This document shows positions 12,873 to 28,085 of a stretch of DNA of 64,000 nucleotides, in pieces. A model generated the notes under the pieces. It worked only from the letters and a program-made list of their open reading frames with translations. It did not search any database and was not told the DNA's origin. The number at the start of each line of letters is the position of its first letter. Position 1 is the first letter of the stretch. Origin of the DNA: a virus. Location of the stretch: the IMG/VR virus record IMGVR_UViG_3300024272_000034; one strand, written 5' to 3'. The position numbers were made by a program, and so were the translations under genes.

Positions 12873-15800
12873 ATGTCAAATAAAAATCTTGGAGAACAAT
12901 TGTGTGAAGCTGTTGATATAATTGCTAAAGCAAGAGTTGGCAGTGTAGCATATGACCAAACTATTATATGTACAATAACTAATGATACTTTAAAAGATAA
13001 AGGTCAATATAAAGTATCAAATGGTTCAGCTGAATTTGATGCTTATACTTCTAATACAGAATATCGTTCAGGAGACAATGTATATGTATCTATTCCAAGA
13101 AATGATTGGAATGAACAAAAATTTATTATAGGTAAATATACTAATAAAGATACTGGTGAATATTTTGTATATCAAAATCCTTTTAATACATTAGTTGATA
13201 TTACTGGCAATGTAATTAATGCTAATGTTCCTACTAATGAAAGTGGATTAGTAGCTAATAATCCTAATGAAGAATATATTATTTTATGGTCTTATAATAT
13301 AAATAATGAGGCTTTACGAAAAGAAAATGGTAATATTTTTAGTGGATATACTAGATTAGGATTACAAGCATCTTTTTAGTCACTTATAAATCCTTTTAGT
13401 TATAAAGAATATGAAAAAAATGATGATGGCAGTTTAAAACGCGATGAAGATGGATTATTAATAGTAAAGAATTAGGCTAATTCAAAAATTATTGATGGTG
13501 AATATGGTTTGCGGCTTCGTTTAAAAGTAACTCAAAACTAGACACTTAGTGAAGTTAAAAATGATGGTGCCGCAAATAAAGAGGTAATTTTTTATCTAAA
13601 TACCGCAGATATGAATGGTAATCCATATAATTTTAATAATTTTTTCTAGCAAGAAAAAGTTTTTGATGTTTCTGAATATGAATCAATTCATTCAATTTAG
13701 ATTGAATTTTATCAAATTAAAGATTCTTTCATTGATGCTTCTGGATATAAATTACCTTATTTGGATGAATGGGGAAATATAACTGCTCCAAATTTATATG
13801 TTAAAGATGTATATTTATGTCTTGGATATGATACTAGCGAGTTTGATGATGAAATGATTAAAGTATATACTTTAGATACTTTAACATATTCAAGAAAAAC
13901 AGAGCCCTTTATGGATAATGCTAAACGAATTGATTTGCGTTGGATACATAAAATGCCAGATGGTTCATTTAAATCAATTACTAAAGCAGATGCCGCAAAT
14001 TATAATTTTAAAATTTAGTGGTATAGATATCAATTAGGTTCTCCATCATCTGACCAATATTCAGATAAAGAGTGGATTTGGTTATCTGACCAAGAAACAG
14101 AAAATGGAAAAAATTATTATACAATTTAGGATGAAGATTGGTTAAATAATAATTAGCAATATAAAGGTAGTGAAAAATATCCCGGTTTCTTTAACACTTG
14201 GTTAATTCCAGATGTAGCTTTAAGTACGGAAATGGTTAAAGCAATTATATTTTTTAATGGAAAACCAATTAGAAGTAATATTGTTATTTTAACAAATGAA
14301 AATGAAGTTGTAAGTCGTCCAACAGTAGATGCTTTAGAAGCACTTACAATTCATTGTAATAATGGATTAGATGAAGCTGGGAATCCAATTTATTCTGAAA
14401 ATTATTTAATTTATAATGAAGGTAATGAATTAATTGATGAATCTTAGGCAAAACAACCACGGCAATTTGAATTAAAATTTGACCCAGAAGTTCCAACAGA
14501 AGATGATGAAACTGAAGGTTTAAAATATGCTAGATATGTGGAATGGCGCATTCCAAAAAAGAATACGATGATTGTAATGCCGCCAGATTATAAAGATAAT
14601 AATGCTTTAGAAGATATTACAGACCCAAATTATTATATTATTAGACGTAATGGTGTTTTAAACGCAGATAATAAATATGTTGTTTATAACAAACAATCTT
14701 TTAGAATAGATAATTATTATTCTGCTGAAAAATCAAATAATACTGTTTAGTGTACTATTGAAAAAGAACCAAATACTTTTTATATAGCAACTGTTGATTT
14801 ATTGTTTGGAGTTGCTGGTACTACTGGAACAGATACAACTTTAGTAATTAATTTTGATGATAGTAGTCTTGGAGCAATTGATTCTGCTATATCTGGTAAT
14901 ACAATTATTACTGCTAAATTATATGATAGTGAAAATAAAGATATTACACAAACAGTTATTAATCAAGATTGTGTTTTTGAATGGAAATGGAAAGGTAAAG
15001 AAGAATATCCTCATGAAAAAATACAAATACTTTCTCCGGAAGATTATTCAAATGAATTAAAAGAACAAGTACAAAAAAATCAATGCGTTATTAGTAATAC
15101 AAATAATCTACCTTTAGAACTTAATGAATGGAATATTCTTTAGTGTACTGTTACAGGATGGCAAGATTATCCTTTAGTAGCTTATTTTGCTATTCCATTA
15201 AAAAGAGACCCTGATAATGCAGAAAAGCGCACTTTATTTATGGAGGGCGCCACAAGAATTATCTATGATTCTGCTGGTACGCCTTCTTATTATAAAAATC
15301 CATATAAATTATTTTATTCTGAAGATATGACAGGAGAAAATCAAGAAGGTGAAATAGAAACTATTAATCAAATTAATCAATATTTAGAAGATTAGGATAT
15401 GATTAAAGATGATTATAGTATACGTTGGTAGCTTTCTTATCATCCAGATTTTTAGACTCTAAATTACTTACCTTCTATTGGAATTTCTAAAAATTATAAT
15501 GATGGTTTTAATTATAATATTGGATTAAAAGCTATTAATGTATATGTTAAAGGTTGCGAAGATTATATTACAATTAATTGTATAGATAAAAATGGAACTA
15601 TATTATGGTCTTAGCCTTTATTAATTTTACAAAATAAATATCCATCATCTATGCTAAATAAATGGGATGGTTCATTATCTATTGATGAAACGGAAAATGC
15701 TATTTTAGCAGCTAAAATTGCCGCAGGTAGTAAAGATTCTGAAAATAGATTTAGTGGTGTTATTATTGGTGATTGGGGCAATAAAAAAGAATATAAAGAA

Positions 15801-18230
15801 ACTACTAATGCTTCTGTAGCGGAAATTGGAGTTTATGGTTTTCATGAAGGAGCTATGAGTTTTGGTTTCAAAGAAAGTGGAAAAGCTTTTATAGGTAAAG
15901 ATACTCGCGGACGTATTCATTTTGATGGAAATGATGGTTCAATTTATTCTTCTGCTTGGATTGCTAATTCAGAAGATAATCATAGAGGATTGTATTTGGA
16001 TATTGATGATGGTAATATTCAAATGCGATAGGAGTATGGTTCTGCAAATATAACCACCTTTATACAAGTACCTGTAAATACTATTAATTTTAAATCTAAT
16101 ATATATTATGCTTTTCAAGAATATATATTAAGTAAAGAAGGATATAGTGCCAGTAAAACTTATTATGAACCATATGGATATAAATTAGTTGATATTGAAG
16201 CCGGTGGATATGAACCTGGTATATATTATAAAAGAATAGAATCTTCATCTACTACTGGTTCTGGTGATAATGCTGAAAATATTAAAATAACAGAATATGT
16301 TTTAGATAATGAATCTTTTAATCCAACTAAAAATTATTATTATGTATCTGCTTTTAAAGAAAGTTCAGTGAGTGCTTCTTCTTATTAGATTAATAAATAT
16401 TATATTAAACAAGAGCCAAATAAAGATGAAGCAACAGGTCAAATTTTAATAAATTCATTGATTCCAAAAGAACAGACAACTTATTATAAACCTTTTTTAA
16501 CTTATTATGAATAGACAGAAATTTCTCCTAATAAATATATTGATTTAGCAACTAGTTCTAATGAAACTGATTATAGAAACGTTTATCCTCTATCTATTGG
16601 ATATGAAAAAAATGTTTATGAGCGTGCATTTAGAGTAAGTTGGGATGGAACTATTTATGTAGAAAATGGTGAATTTAATGGTGAAATTCATGCTACTTCT
16701 GGAACTTTAGGAGATTTGGAAGTAACAGGAACGCTTATAGGTGGAACAATTGTTGGTGGTGATATTTCTGGTGCTTGGATTAGTGGTAGTACTATTGAAG
16801 GTAGTAGAGTATACGCTGATGATTTAATCTGTTATAATGGTAATATTGCTGGTTGGCGCATTACTGAAAATTATTTAAGAAATAGTAATGGAACAATTGT
16901 TTTATATTCAGATGGTGAGCGTGGAGAATTGGCAAAATTTGGTGGATGGAAAGTTACTAAGCTTGGTTTTGAAAATCGTCTTGGAACTTATAAAGATGCG
17001 AATAATATTCGCACCACAAATAATTTTAGTTATTTAAAAGGCGGATTGATTAGTGGTAGTATTTTAGATACGCCATCTGGAGGTATGCTTTTAGCTGGTA
17101 AATTTAAATTAGCTTAGAGTTTAAGCCCTGGTTTTGATACTAATACTGGTATTGGAAATTATTTGCTTATTCCTGGCACTATTGGTGTTGTAATGTCTGA
17201 TATTGAAACTAGTCCAGATGCACCAGAATATTATGGTATAGGATTAGAATATGGTGAACCTGTTAAATCTTAGATAAAAGCTACAGCTGTTAATGTTGGT
17301 ATGCGTTATGGAGTTAATCAATCTATATGGATTACTGATAAAACAATCGGTTTAGCATCTAATGATGGTGATTTGTCATTACATTCAAAAGATACTATTC
17401 ATGAATATTCAGCTACAAATGTTAATATTGGTGTAAAAACTGGTTCAGGTAATAATGTTGAGTTATATCCTTAGTTTGAATCTTATTATAATGGTGGATA
17501 GCAAACAGTAACATTAGGAATTTATGCCAATGATGCTATTACTATTGGTCCAGTAGAAAATGTAGGGGCTTCTTCTTGTAATTTAATTAGAATAGGAGAA
17601 CAGTCTTTAACTATGGATATTGGAGCATGGACTACTAATTTAAATATTGGATAGAATGCATAGAATATTAAAATAGGAGAATTTGCTAAAACTATCATAG
17701 AAATTGGTAGTTCGGTTCCAGAGATAAAACTTGGAAGTACTTCCACACCAAAAATAACTATTGGTAATACGGGAGCCGCTGTTACAATATAGAATAATTT
17801 GTTGACACCAAATTTATATATTACAAATGGTTTTGAAGCTATTGATGGTAATTATGCTGGAACTATAGTTATGAATCCTTCAGGTTTTTAGTTATAGGGC
17901 GGTTCCTTTACTTTAGGAAAAGATGGAGCTTCTGTTAGTGGAAATATTTATTATAATGGTTCTATTAATCTTGAAAATGGATTTAATGTTACTAGTGGTT
18001 CAATAAATATTGGCGGCGGAGAAAATGAAGCAATATTTGGTTCTATATATTATTCTGGTAGTGTTAATTTAGGTAATGGTTTATAGATAACTACTGGTGA
18101 TTTAAATATTAAAGGTGGTAGTGCTACTTTTGATAATAATTTAGAAGTAAAAGGAACTGTAACTATTGGAAGCGGATTGACGGTTGCGGAAGGAGCTACT
18201 GTTACTGGAGTTTATGCTACTTTATTATGA
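12873..18230 (+). CDS. giant tail-tip/baseplate structural protein (1785 aa; distal-tail/Tal-like position after the tape measure gene)
   Basis: Seven track ORF fragments are in one frame joined only by TAG, ending at TGA 18228-18230. The C-terminal third has Gly-rich beta-helix-like repeats (IGGTIVGGDISGAWISGSTIEG, GSINIGGGENEAIFGSIYYSGSVNLGNG). Confidence 0.65.
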
Positions 18231-18240
18231 GGTATAATAT

Positions 18241-19152
18241 ATGGCAACAATGAGTAAAATGACTTTAATTAAACCTGTTGGTGATACAACAGTATCTTAT
18301 GAAGGAGAATATATTAAAGATGAATATGGAACAGAATCTAAATCATCAGCCTCTAGCGGAGATAGAGTAAGACGAGAAAGAAATTTTGTAGCACAACGAA
18401 AAGGACCTATAGATGAATGGGATGATGGAACTACTGGAAATTATGCGCGAATTGAAGGTGGTAATGGCTCAGAAACCCAAACTTTATATGGAAGATATAG
18501 ATATTAGTATAGAATTGGAAAATGGTATTGGAAAATTACACAATCATCTGAATTTAACGATCGTACTGGTACAGTAAGTTCTTTAAATGAAATTCCAGAT
18601 GATTATACAACAACTTCTAATGGTAATAGATATACTTATACTTATACATGGGATTCTCGTACAATAAAAGATGGATATTGGAAAGATGATATAGATGAAC
18701 CTTATGAAGATGAAAATGGAAATATTGTATAGCCAGAATGGATTGATACCAGCTATAAGGTTTATGATTGGGAGGAATATTTACAAATAGAAACATTAAC
18801 TATTGATTGGGATTCTTGGACTCCAGAATATACAAAAGAAGATATGAGTGTAGATTTTTATCCGCGTCCTAAAGAATTTTATTTTATTAATTGTGAACCA
18901 GGAAAGCAATGGAGAGTTGATTTAGGTCTTTAGACTTTAATTACTAATATTTATGAATTTCAAGAATATGCTAATTAGTGGTAGGCTTGGAAAAAATAGG
19001 AGGAATATAGCAATACTCCATCATTTGATTCTCCACTTTCAGCTGCTAATATTAATTCAATTTATTCTTCTCTTGGTCATTCAGGAGGATATTCTTCAGG
19101 AAATGAAGTTAGAGCTAGTATATTTAAAGGATTGGAATCTATCATTAATTAA
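18241..19152 (+). CDS. tail-associated hypothetical protein (303 aa, several in-frame TAG)
   Basis: ATG lies 10 nt after the previous stop. The frame is contiguous through TAG codons to TAA 19150-19152. Confidence 0.5.
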
Positions 19153-19186
19153 TAAAAAAATAATTGAGATAAAGGAGATATATATT

Positions 19187-19360
19187 ATGACTTATGAAGA
19201 TATTCAAATATTAGTAAATATTTATAATACATTTTTAAGCGTTCATACATGTGGTGAAGATAGTTTTGCTATGACAGATTGTATGCGTGCTTTATATAAA
19301 TTTATTGAAACTAAACAAAAGGAATATATAGAAAAGCAAAAAGAGAATAAGGAGGCTTAA
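19187..19360 (+). CDS. small hypothetical protein (57 aa)
   Basis: RBS AAAGGAGATA upstream. The stop abuts the next gene's RBS. Confidence 0.4.
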   Translation: MTYEDIQILVNIYNTFLSVHTCGEDSFAMTDCMRALYKFIETKQKEYIEKQKENKEA

Positions 19361-19361
19361 T

Positions 19362-21608
19362 ATGAGCAAATTATATCCTCCAGTTATAGAGGGAATTATT
19401 CCAGCTTTTTATGCTAATGATGATGGGACAGCTAATTTAGTTGTCCCATTTTCTATGAATCCAACGGTTTCTTGGAATGAAGTTGGAAATATTAGATTAC
19501 AATTAAAAACAGTTCAAAATTTAAATACTAGATTAGTTGATACTGGATATTATACAGATTATTCTCAAAAAGATAAAGTAATATTTTCTTTTACAGAGCA
19601 AGCAGTAAAAGAAAATTTAAATATTGGTTAGCATTATAAAGTATAGATAGCTTATCAAGATATTGATGGTGATGTCGGTTATTATTCTACTGTTGGTGTA
19701 ACTAAATTTACAACAAAACCTACAATATATATTGAAAAATTAAATGAAGGAATAAAAAATTATCATCAGTATACTTATATTGGAGTATATTAGAATATTG
19801 ATGATAAAACTGAAAAAGTTTATTCTTATGAATTTAATTTATATGATGAAAATGATAATTTAATTAAAGCATCTGGTGAATTAATTCATGACAATACTTA
19901 GAACACTTAGTTGGGTTCTTCTGAAGATAAATTTGATATTATGAATGATTTAGAAGAAGATAAAATTTATTATTTGTAGTATAAAGTAACTACAATTAAT
20001 GGATTAATTGAATATTCTCCTAAATATAAAATTGTCCAAAAGTAGAGTATTAATGTAGATATTGAAGGTAAATTGACTGCGGAAATAGATAATGAAAACG
20101 GGTGTGTGCGATTATTTATTAATACTGATAATTCAGTAATTGGTGATTTTAGTATTTTACGCTCTAGTATTAAAGATAATTTTACTGAATGGCATGAACT
20201 ATATAAATTTAGATTGTAGAGTCAATTAACACATAGTTTAGAATGGATTGATTTTAATGTAGAACATGGTGTAGAATATAAATATGCTTTATAGCAATTT
20301 AATTTGCATGGAATAAAATCAAATAAACAATTTTCTGTTAATATTATTCCATATTTAGAACATTCTTATTTATATGATGGTGAGCGTTAGTTAAAAATTA
20401 AATTTAATCCTAAAGTTTCTTCTTTTAAAGATATTTTATTGGAACAAAAAACAAATACTATTGGTGGTAAATATCCTTTTATTTTTAGAAATGGAAATGT
20501 TTATTATAAAGAATTTCCAATATCAGGATTAATTTCATATCAAACAGATGAAGATTTTTTCTTTATTAAGCAATAGGAAGAATATAACCCAGTAACTGAT
20601 TTAACTTATGAAAATATTAATAATGAAAAAGATTTTAAACTTGAAGTATTAAAATGGTTAAATAATGGAAAACCTAAACTATTTAAGTCGGCAACAGAAG
20701 GTAATTATATCGTAAGATTAATGAATGCGTCTTTGTCACCGACCGATTAGCTTGGCCGCATGCTCCATACTTTTAGTACAACTGCTTCTGAAATCGCAGA
20801 TTATACATATAATAATTTATTAAAGTATAATATTGCGAGAATAAAAAATCCTATTTATTAGAATCTTAATTGGAAAACTATTGATATTGCTACTGGATTA
20901 AGAGAAGATTATACTGTTAATTTTAATGAAAAAGAAATGTTATCTTTATTAATTGAGGATGGAACCCCAGAAGATTTAATTTTAATTATAAATGGTTAGA
21001 ATTATGGTGATGCTAATCCAAATAATAATACATATATTGATAGTGACAGTAATGAAGTAGAAGAAGAAACTGATGATGGATTAGATGATTCACATGAAAA
21101 TACTTGGGTTGAAGGTGTCGGCACTAATAATTATGGTTTTATTGCTTAGTTAGATAAAAATGGTAAATATTATATAGATTTAAAAAACAATAATAAAATT
21201 ACAGCAGTGCGTTTTATAGATAAATCAATTTAGCATAAAGGTTTATTAACATATGCTTATAATAATATTGAAAAAAGTAATTTTGATTCAATTATTGATT
21301 ATAGTTTAGAAAGTTTTTCAAATTCTTATGAAAATTAGATTTATGATATAATATCTGAAATTGAAGATGAAAATACTACAATACAAAAAATTAATTATAT
21401 TTATGCTACTGTAACTAGTTCCAATAGAGACACAACATTAAATTTTGATGGAAGAATAATTGATGTTAAAGATATTGGAGAATATAAGATGTATGATTTT
21501 GATAGAGTCAATTCTTTAATTTGCGGTGACGGACTTAGAGTTGATATTATGTGCGATATTCAAAAAGTTATTTATGAAGGAGGAGAAAATAATGAATCCT
21601 CTACTTGA
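19362..21608 (+). CDS. baseplate/tail structural protein (748 aa, ~20 in-frame TAG)
   Basis: RBS AAGGAGG upstream. The long frame is interrupted only by TAG and ends at TGA 21606-21608, overlapping the next gene by 17 nt. Confidence 0.6.
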
Positions 21609-24403
21609 TAAAGATTTTTTAATTAAATTAGATGAATAGATTAATAAAGAGGTTTATGTCAGATTAATTACAATGACATATGATGAAGAACCTCTTGAAT
21701 AGATTGAAGGTGTAGCGACCGGAGGTTCTATTAATATTGATGGAACCTCTGCGGTCCGCCGCACTTGCTCTATTAGTTTAGTTACTAAAGAATTAAATAT
21801 TAATTAGTTTTATTGGGGCTTGAATAATAAGTTTAAAGTTGAAGTAGGATTATTAAATTTAATTGATACCAGATATCCTGATATTATTTGGTTCCCGCAA
21901 GGAACATATATAATTACTAATTTTAATATTAATTATACTACTAATAATTTTACTATTAGTATTAGTGGCAAAGATAAAATGTGCTTATTAAATGGTGATA
22001 TTGGTGGTAATTTAACAGCATCAATTGATTTTGGAGTTGAAGAATATGTAGATTTAAAAAATAATATTACATATTATAATCATATTCCAATTAAAGATAT
22101 TGTGCGTGAAGCAGTCCATACATATGCTAGAGAGCCTTACCATAATATTATTATTAATGATTTAGATGAAACAGCTGTTGAACTCTTGGAATATCGTGGT
22201 GATACTCCTTTATATTTATTATATAATGAAATAGCTGGTGTATATGAAAATTATATTTTAAATGGAGATACGCCTTGCTGGATATTATATGAAGATAATA
22301 GTGTTAGTGAAGAGATTACTTTAGCCACAATTGAAAGTATTGGTGGTTCTTATGATTCTAGAGTAGAACTTGCCCCGGATGAAAGCCGAGGAAGTAGTAT
22401 AATTTTTGATAGTAATAAATTTCCAATATATAGAATTGCTAAAATAACATATGGTTAGACTGTTGGATATAGAGCAACTGATTTAACTTATGCTGGTGAA
22501 TTAATTAGTAATACTGGAGATAGTTTGACTTCTATTTTAGATAAAATTATTCAAATGCTTGGTAATTATGAATATTTTTATGATTTGGAAGGTAGATTTA
22601 CGTTTTAGAGAAAAAAGACTTATTTACAAACTTCTTGGAATAATATAAAAAAAGTTGGTGATGAAGAATATGCGGATAGCGCAGCATATACTTCATCTAC
22701 TATCTATAATTTTACCGATAACAAATTAATCACATCTTTTTCTAATCAGCCAAATTTAACTAATTTAAAAAATGATTATTCTATTTGGGGAATGCGAAAA
22801 AGTATATCTGGTATTGATATTCCTATTCATTATAGATATGCGATTGATAAAAAACCAAAAGCATATAGAAAAATTACAGTTACTGAAGAAGATATTAGTG
22901 GTTATAATGCTGATAACCCTGAAACGCCAATGAAACCTACAGAATGGGAAACAATAGAAAATGCGCAAGTTTATCTATCTAAAGATTATGATTGGCGTGA
23001 ATTAATTTATCAAATGGCTTTAGATTATTATGCTTATAATCAATTAGAGAATTTTACTGCTAAAATAATTGAAGCAAATAAAGATTATGCTAATGAAACT
23101 GGAAGCTATTTAGATGGTACTACTGGATATGAATAGTATTATATTGATATATAGGGATTCTGGCGGCAATTATATGACCCACAGTATAATGACCATCCAG
23201 AATATATATTACATAAAGATGAAATAAATAATGAATTTAGTTTAGACGAAGAAAAACCTCTTTATACTGTTGGTCATTATGTTAGAGTTAATGAAGAAGA
23301 TGTTATAGATAGAAATTAGGTATTTACTTTATGGAAAAATTCAGAAACAAATAAATATGAATTACAACCATTATTAAATGTATATCCTATAGATTTTGAA
23401 GGTTCATTTAAAACAGATGAAGATGGTAATTATTTACCTTCTGATACTTTCTATATTGCGAATATAAATGGCACATTTTCACCTATTGCTTACGAAAAAA
23501 AACAATGGGTAGAGAAAGGCGAATTATATATAAAAAATCCTAATCAAAATGAAACTGATACACGAGAATATATTTTATTAATTGATTCAATCTCTTCTAT
23601 AGATTATCCTTTCTATGTATATAAAGATAAAGAAGAGAAAGATGGTATATAGGTTGATTTAATGATAGATATTACCACAGAGGCAGATATTGAATTATAG
23701 TCACTTTATTATGATAGAGAGAGTAAAAAATATCAAAAATATTTAGTAAGAAATTATTTAGATATTAGTGGAACAAAAATTGTAGAAGGTTCTGTTCCTG
23801 ATTATATTAAAATTAATTATTATGAAAAAGATGATAAATTTATTTCTAATGTAGATAATTCTGAAAAATATGGAGAATATAAAAATTGGAATAAAATGAT
23901 AATTGATGAACCTTCATCTTTAAATTTTTGGTTTGATTTTTTAGATGCTGAAAGTGAATTAGGGAAATATTCAGTTTCAATGATTGGAGATAGGACAAAA
24001 GTTATAAATGATAATACAATAACTGCGATATATTTTAGAGAGGTTCCTAATTTAATATTTACTACTTATGAAGATTATAAGAAAAATAATTTAAAATTTA
24101 TGTCTAGTTATTTACCAGTATTTGTTTAGAGTAATCTTGAAAGTTTGTTTAATATAAGCTCACAAGGTAAATCTGCAAAAGATGAATTAGATTAGTTACT
24201 TTATAATTATTCATATTGTATTGAAAATATAACAATTCAGGCTTTACCAATTTATTATTTGACTCCGAATACAAGAATTTTTATTTCAGATAATGAAAGT
24301 CAGATTAATGGAGACTATATAGTTAGTAAAATTTCTCTTCCATTAACTTATAATGGAACGATGTCTATTACTGCGACTAAAGCTCCAAAACGATTGCTTT
24401 AAT
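21592..24403 (+). CDS. baseplate/tail structural protein (937 aa)
   Basis: RBS GAAGGAGGAG upstream. Track ORFs 21820, 22792 and 23896 share its frame across TAG codons. It ends at TAA 24401-24403. Confidence 0.6.
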
Positions 24404-24419
24404 AGAAGGAGGAATTAAA

Positions 24420-24755
24420 ATGGCAAAAACTATTATGTAGTTTAGATATTATAATGAAACTGATAAAACAAAAAATTATCCAAAAAATTTAGCAAAATCG
24501 CAATTAACATAGGGAAGTGTTTTTAAAGATTATTTACCTTTTACATATATGAAAATTTATGCTCCTACTGGAACAAAATTTTTTTTAAATGGAAATAATA
24601 ATTCTCCTATTTTGATTGGCACATCTGGAATATATGAATTAGACTTAGAAGGTATTGCTGAAATTACGAGTTTAAAATTTGATAATACTTCTATTGAGAA
24701 TATTAACAATAATGAAAATAGTTATTTAACTATTGATGTTATTTGTAATAAATAA
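24420..24755 (+). CDS. small tail-associated protein (111 aa, 2 TAG)
   Basis: RBS GAAGGAGG upstream. In frame with track ORF 24549..24755. Confidence 0.45.
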
Positions 24756-24780
24756 AAATTATAAGAAAGGAAAATATTAA

Positions 24781-25808
24781 ATGGCAGATATTGTTTATAA
24801 TTATGTAAAATTTATGCGCGGTACACCTACTGCGTTTAAAAATCTTGCCTCTAAGAATAAAGATACTTTATACTTTATTCATGAAGAAGATGCTATTACT
24901 GGTTAGCTTTATATTGGTGATATTTTAATTTCTGATAATTTAGAAAATGATAGTAGTGCTATAGTTGCTAAATTATCTGATTTAGAAGATGTAAATATTA
25001 CTGGTGTTATTGATAAACAAGTTTTAGGTTATGATGCTAATACTGGTAAATGGATTCCTGTAACTTTAGAACAAGCTATTGATGTTGCTCCAATGATTGG
25101 TGCGACTGCTGATACTGATGGTATTGAAGGTCTTGTTCCTGCTCCAAAAGCTGGAGATGAAGGAAAATTCTTGCGTGGTGATGGTACTTGGGCAGAAGCT
25201 TTAACAGAATCTGGTGAAACTATTACTATCATTCAAGAAGATGTTTCTAATTTAAAAGAGCTTTTAGGAGCTCCTGCTTCTGAATCAGAAACAGCAACGG
25301 GTATTTATTAGATTTTAGATACAAAAGCTAATACTTCAGATGTTGCTAATTTAATTGCTGCTGAAGTAGCAAAGTTAGACCATTTAAAAAGAATAACTGT
25401 TAATTCTATTGACGATATAGATATTTCAGCTGAAAATGCTGAAGAATATATCTATATGGTTCCATCTAATGATTCAGAAGATAAAAATGCTTTTGAAGAA
25501 TATATGGTAATTAATGGAAAACTTGAAAGATTAGGAACTTATTCTATTGGTTCAGTTGGTGAAGAAAATTTAATTAATGCTATTAACACTAACGAATTTG
25601 TTATTTCAACTGATGGAACAAAAACTTTAAATTTATTAGAAGTTCCAGCTACAAAAATCGTTGATTTAGAAAATAATTCTACTTTCACTGTTTTATAGAC
25701 AGAAGTTGGTACATTAACCACTGAATTAACATAGGTGAATACACGCGTAGCTAGTATTGAAGAAGCAATTGCTGAATTACAAGAAAATTCTTCTTGGGGT
25801 TCTATTTA
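24781..25808 (+). CDS. tail fibre-like protein (342 aa)
   Basis: RBS AAAGGAAAA upstream. Track ORFs 25093 and 25456 are in frame across TAG. The C-terminal segment is heptad-like (VASIEEAIAELQEN). Confidence 0.5.
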
Positions 25809-25834
25809 ATTTAATATAAAGGAGATAAAAAATT

Positions 25835-27964
25835 ATGGCTAACGTAATGTTTAAAAGAGGCCTATCTACTGTCCTTCCTTGGAATAATGCGCAAGATGGT
25901 ACTTTTTATTTAACTAGTGATACTAATAGATTATATGTTGGTAATGGTACAACTCTTGCTGAACTTAATCGTTATGTAAAAACCGTTCAAACAATTAATG
26001 ATTTAAGTAATTTAAATGCTCATGAAAATGATTTTGCTTATATTCTTGATAAGAATATTTTAGCAGTATACGCACCAAATAAAGATAATTCTAATGTATT
26101 AGAATGGCATCAAGTAAATGTAAATACTAATACTGATACTTCTGTTACTGAAGTTTCTTTTAGTGATGGTACTGTTGTTGATGCTACTGATGATAGAGAA
26201 AAATCTATTAAAATTGATATGACTTTAATCCAAAAGAATAAAGATGTTCTTACTGGGGTTACAAGTGATGCTGGTTCAATTACTCAATCTTTCTATATTC
26301 CAGCTTCTGCTTTCTCTACAATGGAAACTAATGCTGCTGTTACTGCCACTGTAAATGTAAGTGATGGTGTAGCTACCATTAAAAATACTGGCACTGGAGC
26401 CGCAGGTGAAGGCTTTACTGTTAGTGGTGGTACTAATATTACTATTAGTGGAGATAGCGCTGGTATTACAATTACAAGTAGTGATACTACATATGATGTA
26501 AAAGTTGAAGGCACTGAAATTAGTTTAATTGATTCTAATGATAGTCAATCTATTACTAAAGTAAGTATTGTAGGCGATAATGATTGGATTGAGACTTCTA
26601 ATGAAAATGGTAATATTAAAATTACTCATGCTTCTAAAGAAGTTTCTAAACCAACAGCAGTTAACGGAGGAGAGCTTACAGAAGATAAAAAGTTCACTGT
26701 AATTACTGGTTTAACTGTTGATGATAATAATCATGTTACTGGTATTGCTACTACAGAATATGAAGCGAAAGATACAACCTATGCTCCTGAAATTGGTTTA
26801 AATAGTGATAAAGAATTATATGTGTCATTAGTAAATCAAGATGATTTGATTTGGGATTCAGAATCACTTGATATTTCTCATAAAATTACTATTGATGGCC
26901 AAGAATATAACGTAAAACCTGGAGATAATCTTGGTGAAATTTATTCTAAAGGTGAAATTGATAGACAATTAAAAGCACTTAATGGTATGACTTATAAAGG
27001 TGTGGTCAATAGTGAATCTGAACTTCCAGATGTTGCGCATATTGGTGATACTTATAAAGTTGGCACAGCTTTTGATATGTCAATTAATGGCATTACCATC
27101 AATCTTAAAGTCGGAGATTTATTAATTGTTAATAATTCTGATGAAAATGATGATGGCCAAATAACTGCTGATATTGCATGGGATAGAATTGAATCTGGTG
27201 AAGCTGCTGATACTACTTATGATTTAACTGCTACTAATAATACCATTACTTTAACTGATAGTCATGGTGCAGCAGATATTATTCCAGTTTCTGGCGATGA
27301 AATTATTACTTTAACTGCATCTGATAATGAACTTATAGCAACTCATAAAGAATATGATGAAGCTACTGCCACTGATGGTGGTGACGAAACTATTAGTGCT
27401 GGTGGAACATTTACTGCTGTTACTGGTATTGCTACTGATGGTTTTGGTCATACTACTGGTTTTACTACTAAAGATTTTACTATTCCAGGAGCCGATAAAG
27501 TTACTGCTGATGCTTCTCTTGTAAAACTTACTTTAAAAGATGCTAATGATGTTGAATAGGGTAGTATTGATTTAGATGCTGGTGCAGAATTAACTATTAC
27601 TGGTACTTCTACTGATAGTAAAAATTTAGTAGCTACAATTGCTCATAATAAAGTAACTAAAAATAATACAACTGGAACTGTTGCTCCTGTTCATGGTACT
27701 GGAACATTTGATGTTGTTGAAAGTGTTACCTATAATGATTATGGTCATGTAACTGGTGTAAAGACTACAACAGTGACTCTTCCTGCTGAAACTACTTATT
27801 CAATTCATGGTGTGACTGCCGCAGATAATGTTGCTACTTGGGAATTAAAGAATAATTCTGATGAAGTAATGGGTAATCCTATTGCAATTACTTCTAGTAG
27901 TTTAAAGGTTGCTACTAATGCTAGTTCCTAGGCTACTATTGAACTTGAATGGGGTTCATTTTAA
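25835..27964 (+). CDS. tail fibre / receptor-binding-like protein (709 aa) with repetitive Thr/Gly-rich beta domain
   Basis: RBS AAGGAGATAAAA upstream. The N-terminus (FKRGLSTVLP...DGTFYLTSDTNRLYVGNG) resembles tail-fibre N-terminal motifs. It continues through a TAG at 27557 to TAA 27962-27964. Confidence 0.55.
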
Positions 27965-28026
27965 TAAATAAATTGGACAAATGATATTAGTTTCTTTGAA
28001 AGAAAATTGAAATTTAAAGAAGAAAA

Positions 28027-28060
28027 GGGATGAAGAATTAATTTCTTCATCCCTTATTTT
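28027..28060 (+). terminator. rho-independent terminator
   Basis: GGGATGAAGAA-TTAA-TTTCTTCATCCC hairpin followed by TTATTTT. Confidence 0.65.
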
Positions 28061-28085
28061 AATTTGTGCGAAAGGAGAAATTAAT